Source: Octopus sinensis (lineage: Eukaryota). From it: a DNA stretch of 64,000 nucleotides. The position numbers and the translations under genes are program-made. The stretch is from assembly GCF_006345805.1 (NCBI RefSeq), contig NC_043001.1, positions 17,856,001-17,920,000 on the forward strand, written 5' to 3'. Below the pieces are notes generated by a model, which was given only the letters and a program-made list of their open reading frames with translations, ran no database searches and was not told the DNA's origin. This document shows, piece after piece, positions 49,255 to 63,564 of the stretch; position 1 is the stretch's first letter, and every line of letters begins with the position of its first letter.

Positions 49255-52200
49255 AAATGTTTGATAGATTGCGGTTAATTCATTCTCTCTTACCTGTTTG
49301 TGTCAGCCTTCCAATTGCTGTTTTTACTGAGATCTCCCTTTTTAGTAGAAGAAATAGCTATAACCCTTTGACTGCTATTTCTAAATTCGGTATGTGGTAA
49401 GGCAATTCGTTGCTGAACCCTTATTGCTTAGTATTACTTAAATTTTCCTCAATGAGGCTTTTACATGCCGAAGACTACTTGGTGTAATTGATAATTATTC
49501 TAAATTAATTAATTTCACCCTTCATTATTACGGATAACCATATTTTATCTCAGTAGATGACTACAGCATCTTGTTTTGGCTACACGCGGGTGGGAAGGGG
49601 CTGTTGACACAATCGTTTCATTCACAAATTTGAATTCGGTGATACTAGTTGAGGATTCTAGCTCGCTCTGATACTGAGTTGAGTTGGTACCTCCTAGTAT
49701 CTCAAAATTCAATATATAATCATTTATGATTATAGTATTCCACGCTGAAGAGAAAAGAAGTTTCGGTAAGATAGAATTATTTAATATTTAATATTTTAAT
49801 TCTTATGCTTTCCTAAAACTTGATTTCGAAACGTACGTCCGTGGATAACTTTAAAAATGTTTGATAGATTGCGGTTAATTCATTCTCTCTTACCTGTTTG
49901 TGTCAGCCTTCCAATTGCTGTTTTTACTGAGATCTCCCTTTTTAGTAGAAGAAATAGCTATAACCCTTTGACTGCTATTTCTAAATTCGGTATGTGGTAA
50001 GGCAATTCGTTGCTGAACCCTTATTGCTTAGTATTACTTAAATTTTCCTCAAATGAGGCTTTTACATGCCGAAGACTACTTGGTGTAATTGATAATTATT
50101 CTAAATTAATTAATTTCACCCTTCATTATTACGGATAACCATATTTTATCTCAGTAGATGACTACAGCATCTTGTTTTGGCTACACGCGGGTGGGAAGGG
50201 GCTGTTGACACAATCGTTTCATTCACAATTTGAATTCGGTGATACTAGTTGAGGATTCTAGCTCGCTCTGATACTGAGTTGAGTTGGTACCTCCTAGTAG
50301 TCTCAAAATTCAATATATAATCATTTATGATTATAGTATTCCACGCTGAAGAGAAAAGAAGTTTCGGTAAGATAGATTATTTTTAATATTTAATATTTTA
50401 ATTCTTATGCTTTCCTAAAACTTGATTTCGAAACGTACGTCCGTGGATAACTTTAAAAATGTTTGATAGATTGCGGTTAATTCATTCTCTCTTACCTGTT
50501 TGTGTCAGCCTTCCAATTGCTGTTTTTACTGAGATCTCCCTTTTTAGTAGAAGAAATAGCTATAACCCTTTGACTGCTATTTCTAAATTCGGTATGTGGT
50601 AAGGCAATTCGTTGCTGAACCCTTATTGCTTAGTATTACTTAAATTTTCCTCAAATGAGGCTTTTACATGCCGAAGACTACTTGGTGTAATTGATAATTA
50701 TTCTAAATTAATTAATTTCACCCTTCATTATTACGGATAACCATATTTTATCTCAGTAGATGACTACACAGCATCTTGTTTTGGCTACACGCGGGTGGGA
50801 AGGGGCTGTTGACACAATCGTTTCATTCACAAATTTGAATTCGGTGATACTAGTTGAGGATTCTAGCTCGCTCTGATACTGAGTTGAGTTGGTAACCTCC
50901 TAGTATCTCAAAATTCATATATAATCATTTATGATTATAGTATTCCACGCTGAAGAGAAAGAAGTTTCGGTAAGATAGAATTATTTAATATTTAATATTT
51001 TAATTCTTATGCTTTCCTAAAACTTGATTTCGAAACGTACGTCCGTGGATAACTTAAAAATGTTTGATAGATTGCGGTTAATTCATTCTCTCTTACCTGT
51101 TTGTGTCAGCCTTCCAATTGCTGTTTTTACTGAGATCTCCCTTTTTAGTAGAAGAAATAGCTATAACCCTTTGACTGCTATTTCTAAATTCGGTATGTGG
51201 TAAGGCAATTCGTTGCTGAACCCTTATTGCTTAGTATTACTTAAATTTTCCTCAAATGAGGCTTTTACATATGCCGAAGACTACTTGGTGTAATTGATAA
51301 TTATTCAAATTAATTAATTTCACCCTTCATTATTACGGATAACCATATTTTATCTCAGTAGATGACTACAGCATCTTGTTTTGGCTACACGCGGGTGGGA
51401 AGGGGCTGTTGACACAATCGTTTCATTCACAAATTTGAATTCGGTGATACTAGTTGAGGATTCTAGCTCGCTCTGATACTGAGTTGAGTTGGTACCTCCT
51501 AGTATCTCAAAATTCAATATATAATCATTTATGATTATAGTATTCCACGCTGAAGAGAAAAGAAGTTCGGTAAGATAGAATTATTTAATATTTAATATTT
51601 AATTCTTATGCTTTCCTAAAACTTGATTTCGAAACGTACGTCCGTGGATAACTTTAAAAATGTTTGATAGATTGCGGTTAATTCATTCTCTCTTACCTGT
51701 TTGTGTCAGCCTTCCAATTGCTGTTTTTACTGAGATCTCCCTTTTTAGTAGAAGAATAGCTATAACCCTTTGACTGCTATTTCTAAATTCGGTATGTGGT
51801 AAGGCAATTCGTTGCTGAACCCTTATTGCTTAGTATTACTTAAATTTTCCTCAAATGAGGCTTTTACATGCCGAAGACTACTTGGTGTAATTGATAATTA
51901 TTCTAAATTAATTAATTTCACCCTTCATTATTACGGATAACCATATTTTATCTCAGTAGATGACTACAGCATCTTGTTTTGGCTACACGCGGGTGGGAAG
52001 GGGCTGTTGACACAATCGTTTCATTCACAAATTTGAATTCGGTGATACTAGTTGAGGATTCTAGCTCGCTCTGATACTGAGTTGAGTTGGTACCCCTCCT
52101 AGTATCTCAAAATTCAATATATAATCATTTATGATTATAGTATTCCACGCTGAAGAGAAAAGAAGTTTCGGTAAGATAGAATTATTTAATATTTAATATT

Positions 52201-55200
52201 TTAATTCTTATGCTTTCCTAAAACTTGATTTCGAAACGTACGTCCGTGGATAACTTTAAAAATGTTTGATAGATTGCGGTTAATTCATTCTCTCTTACCT
52301 GTTTGTGTCAGCCTTCCAATTGCTGTTTTTACTGAGATCTCCCTTTTTAGTAGAAGAAATAGCTATAACCCTTTGACTGCTATTTCTAAATTCGGTATGT
52401 GGTAAGGCAATTCGTTGCTGACCCTTATTGCTTAGTATTACTTAAATTTTCCTCAAATGAGGCTTTTACATGCCGAAGACTACTTGGTGTAATTGATAAT
52501 TATTCTAAATTAATTAATTTCACCCTTCATTATTACGGATAACCATATTTTATCTCAGTAGATGACTACAGCATCTTGTTTTGGCTACACGCGGGTGGGA
52601 AGGGCTGTTGACACAATCGTTTCATTCACAAATTTGAATTCGGTGATACTAGTTGAGGATTCTAGCTCGCTCTGATACTGAGTTGAGTTGGTACCTCCTA
52701 GTATCTCAAAATTCAATATATAATCATTTATGATTATAGTATTCCACGCTGAAGAGAAAAGAGTTTCGGTAAGATAGAATTATTTAATATTTAATATTTA
52801 ATTCTTATGCTTTCCTAAAACTTGATTTCGAAACGTACGTCCGTGGATAACTTTAAAAATGTTTGATAGATTGCGGTTAATTCATTCTCTCTTACCTGTT
52901 TGTGTCAGCCTTCCAATTGCTGTTTTTACTGAGATCTCCCTTTTTAGTAGAAGAAATAGCTATAACCCTTTGACTGCTATTTCTAAATTCGGTATGTGGT
53001 AAGGCAATTCGTTGCTGAACCCTTATTGCTTAGTATTACTTAAATTTTCCTCAAATGAGGCTTTTACATGCCGAAGACTACTTGGTGTAATTGATAATTA
53101 TTCTAAATTAATTAATTTCACCCTTCATTATTACGGATAACCATATTTTATCTCAGTAGATGACTACAGCATCTTGTTTTGGCTACACGCGGGTGGGAAG
53201 GGGCTGTTGACACAATCGTTTCATTCACAAATTTGAATTCGGTGATACTAGTTGAGGATTCTAGCTCGCTCTGATACTGAGTTGAGTTGGTACCTCCTAG
53301 TATCTCAAAATTCAATATATAATCATTTATGATTATAGTATTCCACGCTGAAGAGAAAAGAAGTTTCGGTAAGATAGAATTATTTATTTTAATATTTTAA
53401 TTCTTATGCTTTCCTAAAACTTGATTTCGAAACGTACGTCCGTGGATAACTTTAAAAATGTTTGATAGATTGCGGTTAATTCATTCTCTCTTACCTGTTT
53501 GTGTCAGCCTTCCAATTGCTGTTTTTACTGAGATCTCCCTTTTTAGTAGAGAAATAGCTATAACTATAACCCTTTGACTGCTATTTCTAAATTCGGTATG
53601 TGGTAAGGCAATTCGTTGCTGAACCCTTATTGCTTAGTATTACTTAAATTTTCCTCAATGAGGCTTTTACATGCCGAAGACTACTTGGTGTATTGATAAT
53701 TATTCTAAATTAATTAATTTCACCCTTCATTATTACGGATAACCATATTTTATCTCAGTAGATGACTACAGCATCTTGTTTTGGCTACACGCGGGTGGGA
53801 AGGGGCTGTTGACACAATCGTTTCATTCACAAATTTGAATTCGGTGATACTAGTTGAGGATTCTAGCTCGCTCTGATACTGAGTTGAGTTGGTACCTCCT
53901 AGTATCTCAAAATTCAATATATAATCATTTATGATTATAGTATTCCACGCTGAAGAGAAAAGAAGTTTCGGTAAGATAGAATTATTTAATATTTAATATT
54001 TTAATTCTTATGCTTTCCTAAAACTTGATTTCGAAACGTACGTCCGTGGATAACTTTAAAAATGTTTGATAGATTGCGGTTAATTCATTCTCTCTTACCT
54101 GTTTGTGTCAGCCTTCCAATTGCTGTTTTTACTGAGATCTCCCTTTTTAGTAGAAGAAATAGCTATAACCCTTTGACTGCTATTTCTAAATTCGGTATGT
54201 GGTAAGGCAATTCGTTGCTGAACCCTTATTGCTTAGTATTACTTAAATTTTCCTCAAATGAGGCTTTTACATGCCGAAGACTACTTGGTGTAATTGATAA
54301 TTATTCTAAATTAATTAATTTCACCCTTCATTATTACGGATAACCATATTTTATCTCAGTAGATGACTACAGCATCTTGTTTTGGCTACACGCGGGTGGG
54401 AAGGGGCTGTTGACACAATCGTTTCATTCACAAATTTGAATTCGGTGATACTAGTTGAGGATTCTAGCTCGCTCTGATACTGAGTTGAGTTGGTACCCTG
54501 GTCTATCTCAAATTCAATATATAATCATTTATGATTATAGTATTCCACGCTGAAGAGAAAAGAAGTTTCGGTAAGATAGAATTATTAATATTTAATATTT
54601 TAATTCTTATGCTTTCCTAAAACTTGATTTCGAAACGTACGTCCGTGGATAACTTTAAAAATGTTTGATAGATTGCGGTTAATTCATTCTCTCTTACCTG
54701 TTTGTGTCAGCCTTCCAATTGCTGTTTTTACTGAGATCTCCCTTTTTAGTAGAAGAAATAGCTATAACCCTTTGACTGCTATTTCTAAATTCGGTATGTG
54801 GTAAGGCAATTCGTTGCTGAACCCTTATTGCTTAGTATTACTTAAATTTTCCTCAAATGAGGCTTTTACATGCCGAAGACTACTTGGTGTAATTGATAAT
54901 TATTCTAAATTAATTAATTTCACCCTTCATTATTACGGATAACCATATTTTATCTCAGTAGATGACTACAGCATCTTGTTTTGGCTACACGCGGGTGGGA
55001 AGGGGCTGTTGACACAATCGTTTCATTCACAATTTGAATTCGGTGATACTAGTTGAGGATTCTAGCTCGCTCTGATACTGAGTTGAGTTGTACCTCCTAG
55101 TATCTCAAAATTCAATATATAATCATTTATGATTATAGTATTCCACGCTGAAGAGAAAGAAGTTTCGGTAAGATAGAATTATTTAATATTTAATATTTTA

Positions 55201-58200
55201 ATTCTTATGCTTTCCTAAAACTTGATTTCGAAACGTACGTCCGTGGATAACTTTAAAAATGTTTGATAGATTGCGGTTAATTCATTCTCTCTTACCTTTT
55301 GTGTCAGCCTTCCAATTGCTGTTTTTACTGAGATCTCCCTTTTTAGTAGAAGAAATAGCTATAACCCTTTGACTGCTATTTCTAAATTCGGTATGTGGTA
55401 AGGCAATCGTTGCTGAACCCTTATTGCTTAGTATTACTTAAATTTTCCTCAAATGAGGCTTTTACATGCCGAAGACTACTTGGTGTAATTGATAATTATT
55501 CTAAATTAATTAATTTCACCCTTCATTATTACGGATAACCATATTTTCTCAGTAGATGACTACAGCATCTTGTTTTGGCTACACGCGGGTGGGAAGGGCT
55601 GTTGACACAATCGTTTCATTCACAAATTTGAATTCGGTGATACTAGTTGAGGATTCTAGCTCGCTCTGATACTGAGTTGAGTTGGTACCTCCTAGTATCT
55701 CAAAATTCAATATATAATCATTTATGATTATAGTATTCCACGCTGAAGAGAAAAGAAGTTTCGGTAAGATAGAATTATTTAATATTTAATATTTTAATTC
55801 TTATGCTTTCCTAAAACTTGATTTCGAAACGTACGTCCGTGGATAACTTTAAAAATGTTGATAGATTGCGGTTAATTCATTCTCTCTTACCTGTTTGTGT
55901 CAGCCTTCCAATTGCTGTTTTTACTGAGATCTCCCTTTTTAGTAGAAGAAATAGCTATAACCCTTTGACTGCTATTTCTAAATTCGGTATGTGGTAAGGC
56001 AATTCGTTGCTGAACCCTTATTGCTTAGTATACTACTTAATTTTCCTCAAATGAGGCTTTTACATGCCGAAGACTACTTGGTGTAATTGATAATTATTCT
56101 AAATTAATTAATTTCACCCTTCATTATTACGGATAACCATATTTTATCTCAGTAGATGACTACAGCATCTTGTTTTGGCTACACGCGGGTGGGAAGGGGC
56201 TGTTGACACAATCGTTTCATTCACAAATTTGAATTCGGTGATACTAGTTGAGGATTCTAGCTCGCTCTGATACTGAGTTGAGTTGGTACCTCCTAGTATC
56301 TCAAAATTCAATATATAATCATTTATGATTATAGTATTCCACGCTGAAGAGAAAAGAAGTTTCGGTAAGATAGAATTATTTAATATTTAATATTTTAATT
56401 CTTATGCTTTCCTAAAACTTGATTTCGAAACGTACGTCCGTGGATAACTTTAAAAATGTTTGATAGATTGCGGTTAATTCATTCTCTCTTACCTGTTTGT
56501 GTCAGCCTTCCAATTGCTGTTTTTACTGAGATCTCCCTTTTTAGTAGAAGAAATAGCTATAACCCTTTGACTGCTATTTCTAAATTCGGTATGTGGTAAG
56601 GCAATTCGTTGCTGAACCCTTATTGCTTAGTATTACTTAAATTTTCCTCAAATGAGGCTTTTACATGCCGAAGACTACTTGGTGTAATTGATAATTATTC
56701 TAAATTAATTATTTCACCCTTCATTATTACGGATAACCATATTTTATCTCAGTAGATGACTACAGCATCTTGTTTTGGCTACACGCGGGTGGGAGGGGCT
56801 GTTGACACAATCGTTTCATTCACAAATTGAATTCGGTGATACTAGTTGAGGATTCTAGCTCGCTCTGATACTGAGTTGAGTTGGTACCTCCTAGTATCTC
56901 AAAATTCAATATATAATCATTTTGATTATAGTATTCCACGCTGAAGAGAAAAGAAGTTTCGGTAAGATAGAATTATTTAATATTTAATATTTTAATTCTT
57001 TGCTTTCCTAAAACTGATTTCGAAACGTACGTCCGGGATAACTTTAAAAATGTTTGATAGATTGCGGTTAATTCATTCTCTCTTACCTGTTTGTGTCAGC
57101 CTTCCAATTGCTGTTTTTACTGAGATCTCCCTTTTTAGTAGAAGAAATAGCTATAACCCTTTGACTGCTATTTCTAAATTCGGTATGTGGTAAGGCAATT
57201 CGTTGCTGAACCCTTATTGCTTAGTATTACTTAAATTTTCCTCAATGAGGCTTTTACATGCCGAAGACTACTTGGTGTAATTGATAATTATTCTAAATTA
57301 ATTAATTTCACCCTTCATTATTACGGATAACCATATTTTATCTCAGTAGATGACTACAGCATCTTGTTTTGGCTACACGCGGGTGGGAAGGGGCTGTTGA
57401 CACAATCGTTTCATTCACAAATTTGAATTCGGTGATACTAGTTGAGGATTCTAGCTCGCTCTGATACTGAGTTGAGTTGGTACCTCCTAGTATCTCAAAA
57501 TTCAATATAATCATTTATGATTATAGTATTCCACGCTGAAGAGAAAAGAAGTTTCGGTAAGATAGAATTATTTAATATTTAATATTTTAATTCTTATGCT
57601 TTCCTAAAACTTGATTTCGAAACGTACGTCCGTGGATAACTTTAAAAATGTTTGATAGATTGCGGTTAATTCATTCTCTCTTACCTGTTTGTGTCAGCCT
57701 TCCAATTGCTGTTTTTACTGAGATCTCCCTTTTTAGTAGAAGAAATAGCTATAACCCTTTGACTGCTATTTCTAAATTCGGTATGTGGTAAGGCAATTCG
57801 TTGCTGAACCCTTATTGCTTAGTATTACTTAAATTTTCCTCAAATGAGGCTTTTACATGCCGAAGACTACTTGGTGTAATTGATAATTATTCTAAATTAA
57901 TTAATTTCACCCTTCATTATTACGGATAACCATATTTTATCTCAGTAGATGACTACAGCATCTTGTTTTGGCTACACGCGGGTGGGAAGGGCTGTTGACA
58001 CAATCGTTTCATTCACAAATTTGAATTCGGTGATACTAGTTGAGGATTCTAGCTCGCTCTGATACTGAGTTGAGTTGGTACCATGGCCTAGTATCTCAAA
58101 ATTCAATATAAATCATTTATGATTATAGTATTCCACGCTGAAGAGAAAAGAAGTTTCGGTAAGATAGAATTATTTATATTTAATATTTTAATTCTTATGC

Positions 58201-61093
58201 TTTCCTAAAACTTGATTTCGAAACGTACGTCCGTGGATAACTTTAAAAATGTTTGATAGATTGCGGTTAATTCATTCTCTCTTACCTGTTTGTGTCAGCC
58301 TTCCAATTGCTGTTTTTACTGAGATCTCCCTTTTTAGTAGAAGAAATAGCTATAACCCTTTGACTGCTATTTCTAAATTCGGTATGTGGTAAGGCAATTC
58401 GTTGCTGAACCCTTATTGCTTAGTATTACTTAATTTTCCTCTCAAATGAGGCTTTTACATGCCGAAGACTACTTGGTGTAATTGATAATTATTCTAAATT
58501 AATTAATTTCACCCTTCATTATTACGGATAACCATATTTTATCTCAGTAGATGACTACAGCATCTTGTTTTGGCTACACGCGGGTGGGAAGGGGCTGTTG
58601 ACACAATCGTTTTTCATTCACAAATTTGAATTCGGTGATACTAGTTGAGGATTCTAGCTCGCTCTGATACTGAGTTGAGTGGTACCGTACCTCCTAGTAT
58701 CTCAAAATTCAATATATAATCATTTATGATTATAGTATTCCACGCTGAAGAGAAAAGAAGTTTCGGTAAGATAGAATTATTTAATATTTAATATTTTAAT
58801 TCTTATGCTTTCCTAAAACTTGATTTCGAAACGTACGTCCGTGGATAACTTTAAAAATGTTTGATAGATTGCGTTAATTCATTCTCTCTTACCTGTTTGT
58901 GTCAGCCTTCCAATTGCTGTTTTTACTGAGATCTCCCTTTTTAGTAGAAGAAATAGCTATAACCCTTTGACTGCTATTTCTAAATTCGGTATGTGGTAAG
59001 GCAATTCGTTGCTGAACCCTTATTGCTTAGTATTACTTAAATTTTCCTCAAATGAGGCTTTTACATGCCGAAGACTACTTGGTGTAATTGATAATTATTC
59101 TAAATTAATTAATTTCACCTTCATTATTACGGATAACCATATTTTATCTCAGTAGATGACTACAGCATCTTGTTTTGGCTACACGCGGGTGGGAAGGGGC
59201 TGTTGACACAATCGTTTCATTCACAATTTGAATTCGGTGATACTAGTTGAGGATTCTAGCTCGCTCTGATACTGAGTTGAGTTGGTACCTCCTAGTATCT
59301 CAAAATTCAATATATAATCATTTATGATTATAGTATTCCACGCTGAAGAGAAAAGAAGTTTCGGTAAGATAGAATTATTTAATATTAATATTTTAATTCT
59401 TATGCTTTCCTAAAACTTGATTTCGAAACGTACGTCCGTGGATAACTTTAAAAATGTTTGATAGATTGCGGTTAATTCATTCTCTCTTACCTGTTTGTGT
59501 CAGCCTTCCAATTGCTGTTTTTACTGAGATCTCCCTTTTTAGTAGAAGAAATAGCTATAACCCTTTGACTGCTATTTCTAAATTCGGTATGTGGTAAGGC
59601 AATTCGTTGCTGAACCCTTATTGCTTAGTATTACTTAAATTTTCCTCAAATGAGGCTTTTACATGCCGAAGACTACTTGTGGTGTAATTGATAATTATTC
59701 TAAATTAATTAATTTCACCCTTCATTATTACGGATAACCATATTTTATCTCAGTAGATGACTACAGCATCTTGTTTTGGCTACACGCGGGTGGGAAGGGG
59801 CTGTTGACACAATCGTTTCATTCACAAATTTGAATTCGGTGATACTAGTTGAGGATTCTAGCTCGCTCTGATACTGAGTTGAGTTGGTACCCTCTAGTAT
59901 CTCAAAATTCAATATATAATCATTTAATGATTATAGTATTCCACGCTGAAGAGAAAAGAAGTTTCGGTAAGATAGAATTATTTAATTTAATATTTTAATT
60001 CTTATGCTTTCCTAAAACTTGATTTCGAAACGTACGTCCGTGGATAACTTTAAAAATGTTTGATAGATTGCGGTTAATTCATTCTCTCTTACCTGTTTGT
60101 GTCAGCCTTCCAATTGCTGTTTTTACTGAGATCTCCCTTTTTAGTAGAAGAAATAGCTATAACCCTTTGACTGCTATTTCTAAATTCGGTATGTGGTAAG
60201 GCAATTCGTTGCTGAACCCTTATTGCTTAGTATTACTTAAATTTTCCTCAAATGAGGCTTTTACATGCCGAAGACTACTTGGTGTAATTGATAATTATTC
60301 TAAATTAATTAATTTCACCCTTCATTATTACGGATAACCATATTTTATCTCAGATGACTACAACAGCATCTTGTTTTGGCTACACGCGGGTGGGAAGGGG
60401 CTGTTGACACAATCGTTTCATTCACAAATTTGAATTCGGTGATACTAGTTGAGGATTCTAGCTCGCTCTGATACTGAGTTGAGTTGGTACCTCCTAGTAT
60501 CTCAAAATTCAATATATAATCATTTAATTATAGTATTCCATTCCACGCTGAAGAGAAAAGAAGTTTCGGTAAGATAGAATTATTTAATATTTAATATTTT
60601 ATTCTTATGCTTTCCTAAAACTTGATTTCGAAACGTACGTCCGTGGATAACTTAAAAATGTTTGATAGATTGCGGTTAATTCATTCTCTCTTACCTGTTT
60701 GTGTCAGCCTTCCAATTGCTGTTTTTACTGAGATCTCCTTTTTAGTAGAAGAAATAGCTATAACCCTTTGACTGCTATTTCTAAATTCGGTATGTGGTAA
60801 GGCAATTCGTTGCTGAACCCTTATTGCTTAGTATTACTTAATTTTCCTCAATGAGGCTTTTACATGCCGAAGACTACTTGGTGTAATATAATTATTCTAA
60901 ATTAATTAATTTCACCCTTCATTATTACGGATAACCATATTTTATCTCAGTAGATGACTACAGCATCTTGTTTTGGCTACACGCGGGTGGGAAGGGGCTG
61001 TTGACACAATCGTTTCATTCACAAATTTGAATTCGGTGATACTAGTTGAGGATTCTAGCTCGCTCTGATACTGAGTTGAGTTGGTACCTCCTC
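49255..61093 (+). repeat. 600-bp tandem array, 19 full units plus a ~0.7 unit, highly homogeneous
   Basis: AAATGTTTGATAGATTGCGG recurs at 49255, 49855, 50457 ... 60655; differences are almost all small indels. Confidence 0.98.
49739..49845 (+). ncRNA. Type I hammerhead ribozyme (first of 19, one per 600-bp unit)
   Basis: TCCACG-CTGAAGA-GAAA..AAGTTT...AAACTT..TTTC-GAA-AC(GTAC)GT-C-CGTGGA; GUC cleavage predicted after 49839. Confidence 0.85.
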
Positions 61094-61127
<34 letters not shown>

Positions 61128-61147
61128 ATATATATATATTATATGTG

Positions 61148-61178
<31 letters not shown>

Positions 61179-61243
61179 TATGTATGTATATATAGTATAT
61201 ATATCCATATATAATATATGTATGTATGTATTATATATGTATA

Positions 61244-61281
<38 letters not shown>

Positions 61282-61383
61282 TGTATGTATGTATATGTAT
61301 ATATCCATGTATATATGTATGTGTGTATGTATATATATGTATATATATATACATATATATATGTATGTATGTATGTATATATG

Positions 61384-61421
<38 letters not shown>

Positions 61422-61434
61422 ATGTATATATATG

Positions 61435-61468
<34 letters not shown>

Positions 61469-61510
61469 ATATGCATATATATATGTATATTATATATATA
61501 TATATATTAT

Positions 61511-61555
<45 letters not shown>

Positions 61556-61582
61556 ATATATATATATATTATATATATATAT
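61094..61582. repeat. (TA)n/(TG)n/(TATG)n microsatellite
   Basis: Direct reading. Confidence 0.95.
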
Positions 61583-61996
61583 AGGAAGAAAGAGCAGGAT
61601 AGAAAGATAGAGCGACGATGCTGGTGTGGGAGGTTCGGCTTGCCTCCAATCAGCCCCTCTACTAGCATCATCAGAGATAAACGAGCAAAAAACTGTAGCA
61701 CTAGACGTGATCATAAAATTTTGTTTTAAGAAATAAGAAATTATGTTATTTTCCTCTCTCTCCTCCTCCTCTTCCTCCTCCTCAACCTTCTCCTCCCTCT
61801 CACTCCCTCTCTCTTTTTCTTTTTTCTTTTTTAGATCACTGAATTTCTTTTTCTTCTTTTTATAACTCCTTCCTTCTGGAGAAAATAAAACTAGAATAGA
61901 GTCGTTAACTAAAACATTAATACAGCAATTTTTTGAAATCAGTATCTTACCTATCACTCTATATAGCTGTTTGACTGACTGCTTATCTATCTGTCC

Positions 61997-62053
<57 letters not shown>

Positions 62054-62914
62054 GCTAGCTATCTACCTATCTATCTAGCTAGCTAGCTAGCTATCTAGCT
62101 ATCTATCTATCTATCTATCTGTCTGTCTATCTACCAACCTGTACATATATCTATCTACCTGTCTATCAATGCATTACTATCTATCTTTTGTATGTTTTTC
62201 TCCGTCGTTTTGCGTTGATGGCTGTCGGAATGAGCTTTCAACTGCTCTCGATAGGCCATAAAATTGTTGATATTTATCTGGGAAGCTCTATAAAAGTGAA
62301 AACGTATTGTCTTTTAATTCGCTTTATCACGCTTCGGTGACTCTGTGCTGGGACTCATAGACTAACGAGCAAACAGGTGACATATAAAACCATAACTGAA
62401 GGACGAAATATCGGAACGAAATAGAAATACTTCCTAGTTGTTGTTGTAGTTGAATATTTCAAGATTTATAGACCCATAACTCGCTACTTTGCGGTCGTCG
62501 TAAAAATATAACCGTTCAAAGGCGTGCTTTATTATTTTCGGTAGCTATTTTCAACACAACTGTTTGTCTACGTGTTTGTTTTGAGTTTCATCTTCGTCTC
62601 TTAACTTAGTTGACATCGAAGAAGCTTTTAAAGTACCTTTCTTTTTCTTTGTCTTTTCGCTGTAGCCTGCTGCTAAAGAGAAGTTGTAAATTTAAAATCT
62701 AAACCCCGTTGAGCGAAAACATCATTGGAGATTTAATGTGAACGTCAAGACTTTTATTTTATATTATACTATCTGACTGAGTTTTAACATTTCTCTTAAC
62801 GCAAGAGTGAGGCAAAATGTCTAACATTAAGACTTTTGACTTCAGAGTCTGAAGTTCGCATCTTATCATCGGCGCTGATTTGTTTCTTGTCTTTCAAAAA
62901 AAAAAAAAAGATTA

Positions 62915-63520
62915 GGCGCAGGAGTAGCTGTGTGGTAAGTAGCTTGTTTACCAACCACATGGTTCCGGGTTCAGTCCCACTGTATGGCACCTTGGGCAAG
63001 TGTCTTCTACTATAGCCTCGGGCTGTCCAAAACATTGTGAGTGGATTTGGTAGACGGAAACTGAAAGAAGACCGGGATCTTTTCGGTTTGAATGGCAGTT
63101 TTTTCTAGCGGTGTCATATGAAATTGTCACCCATAATTATGACCCTAGTATCGATCTATTGCATTTCAATCTGTTTTAGGGTTAGGGTTAGGGTTAGGGG
63201 TGGGGGGAAAGGCATCTTTTTTTTCTTCACAAATGTAAATAACCCAATCTGTTTCTTAAACGAGGAATATATTCATACGGCACAGAATGTATTTTTACCT
63301 CAATAGACGTCAGTGATGGGTTGAAATTGCAGAAATTGAAGAAAAAAGCAACAAATATCTTACAAACTATAGAATTTTCCTCATAAGCCAAGAGAAAAAG
63401 ATGTTTTATAAACACATTCTACCTACCATATACGAAGTTTTAAAAGTGTTTAGTTACCTAGAATTATGTTAAAAACTGCCGTTCAAATCGAAAAGATACG
63501 AAGACCGTCGTATATATGTG

Positions 63521-63564
<44 letters not shown>

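Noticed and set aside
49255-61093. 5S rDNA, snRNA or histone repeat as identity of the 600-bp unit
   Set aside because: No recognisable match to these genes and no ORF in the unit
61620-61680. Minus-strand CTGATGA...GCCGAAC hammerhead-like motif
   Set aside because: No GAAA, helix III or helix I pairing
63176-63200. Telomere or chromosome fusion site
   Set aside because: Only four repeats, inside a TIR element
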